Part shown: in pieces, positions 55,728 through 64,000 of the stretch
Numbering within the stretch: the first letter of the stretch is position 1
How the letters are laid out: each line of letters begins with the position of its first letter
Origin: Patescibacteria group bacterium
GTDB lineage: Bacteria > Patescibacteriota > Microgenomatia > UBA10105 > UBA927
Direction: 5' to 3'
Assembly: GCA_035510735.1 (NCBI GenBank)
Contig: DATKGN010000013.1
Span: forward strand, 64,596 to 128,595
Length of the DNA stretch: 64,000 nt
Notes under the pieces: generated by a model
Databases searched by the model: none
What the model was told of the DNA's origin: nothing
What the model saw: only the letters and a program-made list of their open reading frames with translations
Position numbers and translations under genes: made by a program

Positions 55728-56270
55728 TTACAAAAAACCGTCTCTCTGGAATATTCTTTCAATAACAGCGACTGACTCATCCCTATTAAATATATTCGTA
55801 TCAATTATGTCTACGGCTAACTCTTGTGCTTGTTTACGCAGCAAATCTCGCCAATTATCCATTATGTCTGTTGCGAGCTCAGGTTGCATCCTCTCTTCAA
55901 CCAATCTACTGCGAACTATACTTTTATTGCAATCTATTAACACTGTTGTATAGTCGAAAAAATCATGTGCTTTAAAACTGTCTTTAATAAAGTTGAGATT
56001 TACTTGGCCCTCAAAAATGATCACTGTCTTATCTTGATGCTCAGTTAGCATCTTTTGAACCCACGTTTGTGTAGTTTCTTTCTGCCAATTTTCTTCAGAG
56101 CCATATTCACTTTTCATCTCATCTTTAGACGGAACACCCATTGCATCAAAGTGAAGAAAGAGCCAACCGGGTTTATTTCTATATTTTCCCTCAAGTTGAG
56201 AAACTAATGTGGTCTTTCCGACACCAGATGCACCCGTAATGAAGTAAATGTGTGGATTGCTACCTTTCAT
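55728..56270 (-). CDS. P-loop NTPase / nucleotide kinase-like protein.
   Basis: The Walker A 'ITGASGVGKTTLVSQL' is present. The protein is 180 aa. Confidence 0.5.
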   Translation of the reverse strand: MKGSNPHIYFITGASGVGKTTLVSQLEGKYRNKPGWLFLHFDAMGVPSKDEMKSEYGSEENWQKETTQTWVQKMLTEHQDKTVIIFEGQVNLNFIKDSFKAHDFFDYTTVLIDCNKSIVRSRLVEERMQPELATDIMDNWRDLLRKQAQELAVDIIDTNIFNRDESVAVIERIFQRDGFL

Positions 56271-56288
56271 AATATAGTCGATGACTAG

Positions 56289-59024
56289 TTATCCTGTCTT
56301 CGGATAATGGCATTTTTTCCACTTTTTGCCGCTACCACACCAGCATGGATCATTGCGGCCGAGCTTTTTTGCGGCATTAACGACCGGAACTGGGGTGGAT
56401 TCGCTGTTGGTCCTCATCTTTTTTGCCGCCTGGCTCAGTTTTGTTTCAATTTCCGGTGTCTCATTTTTTCCGGCCGGTTGAAACTGCGGAGCCGGCTGAG
56501 CCTGCATCGGTTGCACTACCTGATTCGGCGATGCCTGTACCTGTACTTTATAAATTCTATGGACTATTTCACTGTCAATGGTCGCTATTAAGCTCTCAAA
56601 CATATTAAACGCTTCATTTTTGTATTCAACAAGCGGATCAAGCTGACCATACCCACGAAGACCGATGCCCTCCCGTAAATCATCTATAGCGTCTAGATGA
56701 TCCATCCATAAATTATCGATCACATTTAGACTAACCCAGCGTTCAATCTGACTCATCACCTCAGGAGACACCTGTTTTTCACGCGCATCATACATATCAG
56801 TGACAAGTTTCGTCAAAAAATCGGACATTGGGGCTGCCCCGTGTATCTGTTCCAATTGATGAAGTAATTGCTGCTGCGACGCAGGATCAAAAGGAATAAT
56901 CGAACAGAATTCGGATGCAATCTTTTCCCGGTCAAATGTTGATTCCTTTTCGGAAGAATAAATCGTTACAAGGTTAACCACTTCACCTGTCGCATTCTCA
57001 AGAATGGAATCCCGCTGCCGTTCCCCTTCTAAAATTTTACGACGCCTTCTGTATACAATCTCTCTCTGTTTGTTTAAAACATCATCGTAATCAACGAGAT
57101 GTTTCCGGGAGTCAAAATGAAATCCCTCAACTTTTATCTGGGCCTGCTCTATGGCTCTTGAAACCATCGGATGCTCAAGAGGAACATTTTCCGGAAGCTT
57201 AAAAACGGTCATGAGTTTTGCGACCTGATCACCGCCGAAAAGTCGCATGATGTCGTCTTCAAGCGACACGTAAAATCGAGTGGAACCGGGATCACCCTGA
57301 CGACCCGACCGGCCGCGAAGCTGATTATCAATCCGGCGTGACTCATGGCGTTCGGTGCCAATCACATGGAGTCCGCCTAAGGCCACAACCTCATCATGGC
57401 GTTTTTTCCACACAATCTCTTCTTTTTCCCATTGTTTATCGTTCCCGACTTCCCACTTTTCCCGACGCGAACCACCGAGAATAATATCAACTCCCCGGCC
57501 GGCCATATTGGTCGCAACGGTCACCGATCCGCGATTTCCCGCCTCAGCGATGATGGAGGCTTCCTGTAAATGATTTTTTGCGTTTAACACCTGATGAGGG
57601 ACGCCTTTGCGCTTCAGAAAATCGCTGATGATTTCATTCTTATCGATTGATGTTGTGCCGACAAGCACCGGTTGACCCCGTTTATGACATTCAGCGATGT
57701 CTTCAACGATCGCTGCATATTTCGCCCGCGGTGTTTTATACACGCTGTCGGCAAAATCATTACGGACCATATTCCGATGCGTCGGGATCACAACAACGTC
57801 AAGATTGTAAATCTTATGAAACTCTTCAGCCTCCGTTGCCGCAGTTCCGGTCATGCCGGCAAGCTTTTGATACATACGGAAGTAATTTTGAAGGGATACG
57901 GTGGCAAGCGTTTTACTCTCCTGTTGGATTGCAACACCCTCTTTAGCCTCAATAGCCTGATGAATTCCCTCGCTGAATCTGCGTCCGACGAGGAGCCGTC
58001 CGGTAAATTCATCAACGATAACGACTTGTCCGTCCTTGACGATGTAATCTTTCTCCCGCTGAAACAGCGCCCTGGCCTTTAATGCCGCTTCAATATGATG
58101 CACGGTTTCAAAATCTTTTTCGTAAATATTTCCGATGCCGAGCATTTTTTCAACTTTCAAAATGCCGTGATCCGTGAGGTGGGATGTGCGTAATTTCTCG
58201 TCGATACTGAAATCCGTATCTTTATTTAATTTATCGACGAGTTTTGCGTAATCATAGTATGCGTGCGTTGCCTCCATATCGGGCGCTGAAATAATGTGCG
58301 GCGTACGGGCCTCATCGATAAGGACCGAGTCTACCTCATCAACAACCGCGTAATGATAATCCCGCTGAACGACCTGCGTAATATCTGACACCATGTTGTC
58401 CCGCAGGTAATCAAACCCATATTCGCTGTTGATGCCGTACGTCACATCCGCAAGATACGCATCGCGCCTCGAAATTGGCTTGAGATGTTTTAAGCGCCAG
58501 TCGGTTGCATTGGGATCATCAAACGCGGGATCATAAAGAAACGACTGCTCACTAATCATCGCGGCAATTTTGAGTCCTAAAAGATGAAATATCGGTCCCA
58601 TCCATCCTGCGTCTCGTCGGGCCAAATAATCGTTGACGGTCACAAGGTGTACGCCCCGTCCGGTTAATGTATTTAAGTAAAGCGCCGGAATTGCCGATAA
58701 TGTTTTGCCCTCCCCTGTCTTTTGTTCAGCTACTTTCCCTTCGTGGAGCACCGTTGCTGCAATAAGCTGCACGTCAAAGTGCCGTTGCCCGAGCGCCCGC
58801 AGTGATGCTTCGCGTACGAGCGCAAACGCTTCCGGCAATAGTTCATCAAGGCTGCTACCACCTGAAAGGCGCTCCTTGTATTCCGCCGTTTTTTTAACGA
58901 AATCAGTATCCTTGAGGCGTTTCATATCCGACTCATGAGCATTAATTGACGTGACAATTTTTCTGATTTTGGCTAGCTCTTTTTCGTTACTGTCGAGAAG
59001 TTTTCCGATGAAGTTAAACATCAT
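56289..59024 (-). CDS. secA: Preprotein translocase ATPase SecA.
   Basis: The protein is 911 aa with DEAD-like motor motifs. The C-terminal zinc finger reads 'GRNDPCWCGSGKKWKKCH'. Confidence 0.9.
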   Translation of the reverse strand: MMFNFIGKLLDSNEKELAKIRKIVTSINAHESDMKRLKDTDFVKKTAEYKERLSGGSSLDELLPEAFALVREASLRALGQRHFDVQLIAATVLHEGKVAEQKTGEGKTLSAIPALYLNTLTGRGVHLVTVNDYLARRDAGWMGPIFHLLGLKIAAMISEQSFLYDPAFDDPNATDWRLKHLKPISRRDAYLADVTYGINSEYGFDYLRDNMVSDITQVVQRDYHYAVVDEVDSVLIDEARTPHIISAPDMEATHAYYDYAKLVDKLNKDTDFSIDEKLRTSHLTDHGILKVEKMLGIGNIYEKDFETVHHIEAALKARALFQREKDYIVKDGQVVIVDEFTGRLLVGRRFSEGIHQAIEAKEGVAIQQESKTLATVSLQNYFRMYQKLAGMTGTAATEAEEFHKIYNLDVVVIPTHRNMVRNDFADSVYKTPRAKYAAIVEDIAECHKRGQPVLVGTTSIDKNEIISDFLKRKGVPHQVLNAKNHLQEASIIAEAGNRGSVTVATNMAGRGVDIILGGSRREKWEVGNDKQWEKEEIVWKKRHDEVVALGGLHVIGTERHESRRIDNQLRGRSGRQGDPGSTRFYVSLEDDIMRLFGGDQVAKLMTVFKLPENVPLEHPMVSRAIEQAQIKVEGFHFDSRKHLVDYDDVLNKQREIVYRRRRKILEGERQRDSILENATGEVVNLVTIYSSEKESTFDREKIASEFCSIIPFDPASQQQLLHQLEQIHGAAPMSDFLTKLVTDMYDAREKQVSPEVMSQIERWVSLNVIDNLWMDHLDAIDDLREGIGLRGYGQLDPLVEYKNEAFNMFESLIATIDSEIVHRIYKVQVQASPNQVVQPMQAQPAPQFQPAGKNETPEIETKLSQAAKKMRTNSESTPVPVVNAAKKLGRNDPCWCGSGKKWKKCHYPKTG

Positions 59025-59025
59025 C

Positions 59026-59685
59026 CTATTTTAACACAAAGAAGAATATATTCCTCAAAATTCTCTTACTCTCAACCAATTGAAAAATACGGGATAATCT
59101 GCCAAAAACTTTGCCTGATTTCGCCGGTTGATCACTGAAACTAAAATAATTCATCATCATTGCGCCATCTGGATGGAGTATTTGTTTAACATCGTGTAAG
59201 AAAGCATTTTCGGTGACAAATGCGGGAACATCGTTTGCTATATAGATATCAATGACAACAAGGTCAAAACGGTGGATATTACTTTTCTTTTTCACAAAGT
59301 CTCTTGCATCGCAAACGACGAGTTTCGTATTCGTTAGGGTATTGAGCCCAAAATATTTCTTTGAAAGGCCAATAACTTCACTATCTTTATCAACTCCGGT
59401 GATATAGGCGTCGGGATAGATATTCTGCAACTGAAATAATACGCCCCCGCCACCGACACCAAAAACAACTATACTTTTAACCGGCAAATTGTGCCAATGT
59501 CGAAGGTATCTAAGGCCCTGACGAAACAATGCATCTACGTATTTGCCGGTTTGTTCTATCCCGTTCACGCGAAGTGTCCGCCTGCCATGATTATCGACAA
59601 CAGCAATGTCACGGTTAACTGGCGAATGAGTTTCAGAAATAAGTGGAGTTTGAAATAACTTGCCAAGCCACGATCGTATGCTCAC
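59026..59685 (-). CDS. Spermidine-synthase-like class I methyltransferase-fold protein.
   Basis: 'IVVFGVGGGGVLFQLQNIYPDAYITGVDKDSEVI' and 'DLVVIDIY' are the signatures. It is operonic between serS and secA. Confidence 0.5.
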   Translation of the reverse strand: MSIRSWLGKLFQTPLISETHSPVNRDIAVVDNHGRRTLRVNGIEQTGKYVDALFRQGLRYLRHWHNLPVKSIVVFGVGGGGVLFQLQNIYPDAYITGVDKDSEVIGLSKKYFGLNTLTNTKLVVCDARDFVKKKSNIHRFDLVVIDIYIANDVPAFVTENAFLHDVKQILHPDGAMMMNYFSFSDQPAKSGKVFGRLSRIFQLVESKRILRNIFFFVLK

Positions 59686-60986
59686 CGTTTAATCACTTCC
59701 TTGCCCATAAACGGTTGAAGCACTTTGGGGATCCGAATAGATCCGTCTTTCTGCTGATAATTTTCAAGTATTGCAATAAGAATCCTAGGAGACGCTATCG
59801 CCGTGTTATTCAGTGTATGACAAAAATTCATTCTTCCGTCTTTGGCCTTATAGCGGATTTTAAGCCGCCTTGCCTGAAAATCTCCCATGAATGAATTGGA
59901 CATGGTCTCTCCGTATCCGCTCCGGCCCGGCATCCAGGTTTCCAAATCATATTTTTTAACCTGCGGCTCTCCCATATCTCCTGTACACATAAGGAGAACG
60001 CGATAAGGCAACTCTAAATCTTGAAGAATTTCCTCTGCGTTCGCCAATAATTCTTCATGTAGAGTAAGAGAATTACTCATTTCTGCAGTTGAGATAATTA
60101 CTTGTTCAACTTTATTAAATTGGTGGACTCGATAAGCACCTTTCGTATCTTTTCCGTAACTGCCGGCTTCACGGCGGAAACAAGGTGAAAATGCAACGAA
60201 TTTCTTTGGCAAGTCTTTTTCCACCAACACCTCGTTAGCATAATAAGCAGTTACAGGAACTTCAGCAGTACCTGCCAGATAAAGGTCATCCTTCTCCAGA
60301 TGATAGACCTCTTCCCTGCCCCATGGGAACTGACCGTTGCCAAACAATGTAAAGTCGCGTACTAGGCTTGGTGCGATGAGCGGTGTGTACCCTTTGTCTA
60401 TCAGCTTCCGGAATGTGAAGAAAAGCAAGGCAAACTCGAGCAGTGCTGCTTCATTTTTTAGGTAATATGCACGAAACCCGCCTACTTTCGCCCCTCGCTC
60501 AAAGTCGATGAGATCAAGGGACTTAGCAAGCGCTGTGTGATCTTTGACCGGAAAATCAAATACAGGAACCTTTCCCCATTTCTTTATTTCTTTATTTCCT
60601 GATGCATCCTTACCTATCGGCACGCTTTTATCCGGCACATTAGGAACCGTTAACATAAGAAGATTAAACTGCTCTTCAATAGGACGAAGTTCTTCCTCTA
60701 GTTGATCTAACTCCTTCGGTTGTTGCAGCGCTTTAAGCGCCCCAGCTATCGCCTTTTTCCTTTCTGATTCTATAGCAGCTTTCTCGGGTGATAATTTTTG
60801 TAAAGCTGCTTTTATAGCTTCATTGGATTTATTCTTTTCAGATTTCAGTCTATCTCTCTTTTCAATAAGTTCACGGCGCTTCTCATCAAGAGAAAGTAAT
60901 TTATCCCACGCGACTTCGCGGTTTTTATTTTTCGCCGCTTCCTTACACAATTCTAAATTTTCGCGAATATATTTAATGTCAAGCAT
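59682..60986 (-). CDS. serS: Seryl-tRNA synthetase.
   Basis: It has an N-terminal coiled-coil arm, the class II motifs 'FRREAGS' and 'GRMNFCHTLNNTAIA', and is 434 aa. An AAGGAG lies 7 nt upstream of the ATG. Confidence 0.85.
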   Translation of the reverse strand: MLDIKYIRENLELCKEAAKNKNREVAWDKLLSLDEKRRELIEKRDRLKSEKNKSNEAIKAALQKLSPEKAAIESERKKAIAGALKALQQPKELDQLEEELRPIEEQFNLLMLTVPNVPDKSVPIGKDASGNKEIKKWGKVPVFDFPVKDHTALAKSLDLIDFERGAKVGGFRAYYLKNEAALLEFALLFFTFRKLIDKGYTPLIAPSLVRDFTLFGNGQFPWGREEVYHLEKDDLYLAGTAEVPVTAYYANEVLVEKDLPKKFVAFSPCFRREAGSYGKDTKGAYRVHQFNKVEQVIISTAEMSNSLTLHEELLANAEEILQDLELPYRVLLMCTGDMGEPQVKKYDLETWMPGRSGYGETMSNSFMGDFQARRLKIRYKAKDGRMNFCHTLNNTAIASPRILIAILENYQQKDGSIRIPKVLQPFMGKEVIKR

Positions 60987-61070
60987 ATACTCTCCTTGTC
61001 ATCCTCGGGCTTGACCCGAGGATCTGCCTTATTTCAGATTCCGGATTCCCGCCTTCGCGGGAATGACAGG
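60987..61070 (-). promoter_or_regulatory. Structured 84-nt serS leader / rdgB 3-prime region. Two GC-rich hairpins are enclosed by an outer stem that pairs with the serS Shine-Dalgarno region.
   Basis: The minus-strand RNA reads CCUGUCAU-UCCCGCGAAGGCGGGAA-...-CCUCGGGUCAAGCCCGAGG-AUGACAAGGAGAGUAUAUG. Hairpin 1 is auucccgc/gcgggaau with a GAAG loop. Hairpin 2 is ccucggg/cccgagg. The outer stem CCUGUCAU/AUGACA(A)GG overlaps AAGGAG. Confidence 0.35.
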
Positions 61071-61688
61071 TTATATTAACAATAAGGTTCTTATCGCTGG
61101 TTTTAATTTTTCAAGTGCCTTCTTCCTGTGATTGTATACTTCATTCTCCTCGGACGTCAATTCGTGAGTGTCATAAAATTTGTTAAGCTTGGGAAGAAAC
61201 AGGAGGGAGCGGTATGGGAATCCTGGCGTCCGGTGGTTTGCGGGTCGTAGGGGAATAGTTCCGCGGGTTATGGCTTCCGCTGTAACGACTTTACCTGAGG
61301 GTAGAACAAGTGCAAGCACCGCCCGGAGCTGCGCCCCTCGCTTCCCAACTGGAACATCTTGTAACTTTTGAAATGTATAGGTAATAAGCTCCTCGTCATC
61401 GTCATCGCGGTCGCCATTAATCCACCGATGTGATTTAACCCCCGGCGCGCCGCCTAAGGCGTCAATTTCGAGTCCCCCATCATCGCCAATGGTGGGGAGT
61501 CCCGATAATTTCGAATAAAATTTCGCCTTGAGAACCGCATTCTCCTTAAACGTATTCCCAGTTTCATTTGCCTTCTCTCTAATACCGAGATCTGATAGGC
61601 TTACAAGCGTGATAGGTAACTCACCTAAAAAATGGCGAATCTCTGCAAGTTTACCGGGATTTGTCGTTGCTATAAGCAATCGCCGCAT
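61071..61688 (-). CDS. rdgB: Non-canonical purine NTP pyrophosphatase (RdgB/HAM1 family).
   Basis: 'LLIATTNPGKLAEIRHFLG' and 'GDDGGLEIDALGGAPGVKS' are the family signatures. Confidence 0.8.
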   Translation of the reverse strand: MRRLLIATTNPGKLAEIRHFLGELPITLVSLSDLGIREKANETGNTFKENAVLKAKFYSKLSGLPTIGDDGGLEIDALGGAPGVKSHRWINGDRDDDDEELITYTFQKLQDVPVGKRGAQLRAVLALVLPSGKVVTAEAITRGTIPLRPANHRTPGFPYRSLLFLPKLNKFYDTHELTSEENEVYNHRKKALEKLKPAIRTLLLI

Positions 61689-61710
61689 AAATTATTTAGA
61701 TACGAATGTA

Positions 61711-61730
61711 TTAACATGTTAGCATGTTAA
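61711..61730. repeat. Perfect 20-bp palindrome, TTAACATGTTAGCATGTTAA. It sits between the HD-hydrolase stop and the rdgB start. It is a candidate operator or weak terminator hairpin.
   Basis: Read directly from the sequence at 61711..61730. Confidence 0.4.
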
Positions 61731-61748
61731 TAAACTACATTGGCTATA

Positions 61749-62312
61749 CTAAAGCCCCAACTCTTCGTGGTGCTCCTGCATTGTTTTCAACGTGATCTCA
61801 ATAAATTCGTTCAAAGAAATACCTAATTTTTCTTCACACAGCGCAATTTGGGAACGATCCACAGGCTTGGCAAATTCCTTAGTTTTCCATTTCTTCATGA
61901 TTGAATGGAGGGACACGGTGTCAAGTTGTTTATCCGGACGCACCAAAGCCACTGCTACGATAAATCCCGTCAGTTCATCACAGGTTTCGAGCGACCATTC
62001 CATAAGTCCGGTAAGTTCAGCAAGATGTGTGCGTTTCGTGTTATGTGACATGAGCGCATGAACAATAGTGCCATCAGTTATTCCTCTATCTTTGAGCCAC
62101 GCAAGCGTATGTTTTGTGTGCTCATCCGGGGTATCTTTTGTTTCCTCCCAATCCGCATCATGCAAAAGCCCTAATGTTTCCCAAACGTCGGGGTCGCCGT
62201 TTAATTTCCCCGCCAATGCGCGCATGGTGTATCCAACCGCGTACATGTGCCTGCGGAGATTCTGATTTTTCGTGTGTTCGTGAAGTAAATCAAGCGCTTG
62301 TTGTCTATTCAT
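61749..62312 (-). CDS. HD-domain phosphohydrolase (HDIG-type).
   Basis: 'HMYAVGYTMRALAGKL...LLHDADWEE' is the HD motif. The protein is 187 aa. Confidence 0.65.
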   Translation of the reverse strand: MNRQQALDLLHEHTKNQNLRRHMYAVGYTMRALAGKLNGDPDVWETLGLLHDADWEETKDTPDEHTKHTLAWLKDRGITDGTIVHALMSHNTKRTHLAELTGLMEWSLETCDELTGFIVAVALVRPDKQLDTVSLHSIMKKWKTKEFAKPVDRSQIALCEEKLGISLNEFIEITLKTMQEHHEELGL

Positions 62313-64000
62313 TTCACCACTCCCTGGAATTCAATAGTCCCGCCGCAATATTTTAAGATTAGCTGAGTGGACTCCCGAAGCGACTGTTCAACCTGTTCCG
62401 GGGTTATATCGAAAACGCCGTCAACGTTTATCCATAAATTTTTGGTATTTTCTGTCACCATCGTCCGTTGTGCATCACGAAAATTGAAATCTATATTATA
62501 CCCGCCATCTTTATCGTAATAAGCCAACTCTTTTTCTGTGTAGAGGGTCGGTTCTTTATCCCCCAAAAGGAGTATTTTATCTCCCGCACCTGCATATCGA
62601 AGTGCTGTCGGAAACTTTACATTATCCGAATCAAATGCGCCGACGGATATCCGGTGCTTCATCACAACAAGATTATACGAATCCACACAAGTATTTACGG
62701 TATAAAGACCCTTTCCGAGCGCCACGCGACGAAGCAATGCTTCAGGGCTCGGGCGCCGCGAATGCCAATCAACTCCCATTTCCTTATACAATTTGCGGTA
62801 ATTGATAACCTCCGGATACGTTCCCAGCGTTTCCGTCGTTAACCCGGCAAGACTAGCCAAAAATGCGTTTTTCTCTTTTTCTAGAGCTGGATTCGATTTT
62901 GTCACATGGACACCCTTAATGAGAGCAACCCCTATGGAAACCGATGGGTATTTTTCCCTAAGAGACTTATCAATTTCAAAATATTCCGACTTCTGAACGA
63001 ACTGAATTGTTGTCTTCTTTGCCGCTTCAGGTTTGCCCTTGTTTAAATTCAGACGCGCTATAACAATATCTTTCGGAAATTTCTTAAGAAGCCAACCGGC
63101 CCGTGGCCCGTGCTTTTTATCTAACACCGCGATATAAAGAGCCTCAAAGGCTGTTTTTGAGTCAATATTTTTTTTCTTAGCAAGCTGAAAAATCTCTGAT
63201 TGAAGCTTTTCCGGGTCTTCAGCACTTTCCCAAACTACGGCTAAATCATTTAGAAAGCTCCACTGAATATCCGAAAGATCAGTCTCACTCAATGGCGTTA
63301 TGGATATCTGAAATCGGTATTCATCTGGGGCGTAATTGCTTAACCATATAGCCGTATCAGTTAATCTATCACCTGCTATTTTTTCTTCACCTTCTGTTAA
63401 CTCCGAGCCTTTCAGTTGAGCCAATCGCTCGAATAAATCTACATTAGGAAGTTGTCTTAAATTCGCTATGTCTCTGAATCTTGGAATATACATTCCTTTT
63501 ACTTTTTTTGGTATATCATTAATCTGAGACAAGACAAATGCTCGCGTAAGATTCTCATCACCATCATTGTTGTATGCCTGCCAACAACGGTCATATTCAT
63601 CGAATAAATCAGGAATCGCCATGGTCCCAACCGGGTCAAATTCAATCGCCTGCCGGTAATCGGTGCGTGTAAATAGAAACCGTCCGACTGAAGCCGGCAA
63701 AACACCGGTCAAATCCCGTCCTTTGAGTCCTAATCCTTTGGAGGATGACATTTTCTTACCGCCGATCAGAAAAAATTCATACGGCAGATTATACGGGTTA
63801 TCGATATGAAACACTTCTTTGCACAATTCTTTGGCGATATCACGCGATCCGCCCGCCGAAGAGTGGTCTTTCCCCGCTCCTTCAATCGTTACCCCAAGCA
63901 CTTTCCAATGCGCGGGCCAGTCCACTTTCCAGGGTAATTTACCGGGATGATGTGCCGAGTTCTTCGGATCGGTAAACGGACTTGTTTTCCCTGTGAATCC
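62309..64000 (-). CDS. lysS: Class I lysyl-tRNA synthetase with a C-terminal PheT-type B3/4 domain fusion. It is 5-prime partial: the N-terminus lies beyond the window.
   Basis: The frame stays open from 63925 to the window edge (...HHPGKLPWKVDWPAHWKVLGVTIEGAGKDH). The KMSKS variant 'KMSSSKG' is characteristic of LysRS-I. The C-terminal ~230 aa carry the B3/4 signature 'NTCVDSYNLVVMKHRISVGAFDSDNV', cf. PheT 'NxVDxTNYVxLExGQPLHAFD'. The track's M at 63925 is really a GTG (Val) codon. Confidence 0.55.
   Translation of the reverse strand, partial: GFTGKTSPFTDPKNSAHHPGKLPWKVDWPAHWKVLGVTIEGAGKDHSSAGGSRDIAKELCKEVFHIDNPYNLPYEFFLIGGKKMSSSKGLGLKGRDLTGVLPASVGRFLFTRTDYRQAIEFDPVGTMAIPDLFDEYDRCWQAYNNDGDENLTRAFVLSQINDIPKKVKGMYIPRFRDIANLRQLPNVDLFERLAQLKGSELTEGEEKIAGDRLTDTAIWLSNYAPDEYRFQISITPLSETDLSDIQWSFLNDLAVVWESAEDPEKLQSEIFQLAKKKNIDSKTAFEALYIAVLDKKHGPRAGWLLKKFPKDIVIARLNLNKGKPEAAKKTTIQFVQKSEYFEIDKSLREKYPSVSIGVALIKGVHVTKSNPALEKEKNAFLASLAGLTTETLGTYPEVINYRKLYKEMGVDWHSRRPSPEALLRRVALGKGLYTVNTCVDSYNLVVMKHRISVGAFDSDNVKFPTALRYAGAGDKILLLGDKEPTLYTEKELAYYDKDGGYNIDFNFRDAQRTMVTENTKNLWINVDGVFDITPEQVEQSLRESTQLILKYCGGTIEFQGVVK

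Noticed and set aside
1-64000. CRISPR arrays, IS elements, integrases or other mobile-element signatures.
   Set aside because: No direct-repeat/spacer periodicity, no transposase- or integrase-like ORFs and no flanking inverted repeats were seen. The paralogs are diverged protein-level duplicates, not recent DNA repeats.

Overview
This 64-kb window is gene-dense and almost entirely minus-strand coding, with many 4-nt ATGA stop/start overlaps. It uses the standard genetic code: RF2 is present and TGA stops are used. The origin looks like a small-genome bacterium, possibly CPR/Patescibacteria-like; this is inference only.

The left ~40 kb (1..38960) is one very large cell-surface glycosylation island. 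It holds at least 13 polytopic GT-C-type membrane glycosyltransferase-like proteins: four YfhO paralogs, three PMT/ArnT(GT39)-like proteins, a 'FLGDxGRD' pair, a DUF2029-like pair and a 'HDD..REGQFPVR..YGYP' pair. Alongside these are eight GT2/GT4 transferases, three of them Dpm1/GtrB-like polyprenol-phosphate-sugar synthases and one of those fused to a GtrA flippase-like domain. The island also carries a Wzx flippase, a Gmd/Rmd-like GDP-sugar dehydratase, UDP-glucose 6-dehydrogenase and the full dTDP-L-rhamnose pathway (rmlABCD). Flanking it are secreted, membrane-anchored S/T/P-rich proteins, including a CAP/SCP domain protein; these are plausible glycosylation substrates.

The right ~24 kb is housekeeping. 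It contains a t6A cluster (tsaE-tsaC-methyltransferase-mini tsaB), prfB, ftsEX followed by a coiled-coil plus papain/C39-like peptidase (a PcsB/CwlO-like arrangement), ruvCAB and a fused cbiMN-cbiQ-cbiO ECF metal transporter with a cupin. Downstream come pyrD (class-2 architecture but Cys in the catalytic loop) coupled to a PNPOx-family flavoprotein, secA, serS, rdgB, an HD hydrolase, and a class-I lysyl-tRNA synthetase carrying a C-terminal PheT-like B3/4 domain that runs off the window.

One gene at the left edge (1..988, minus) is absent from the ORF track because its stop lies outside the window. No CRISPR, tRNA, rRNA or mobile elements were seen.
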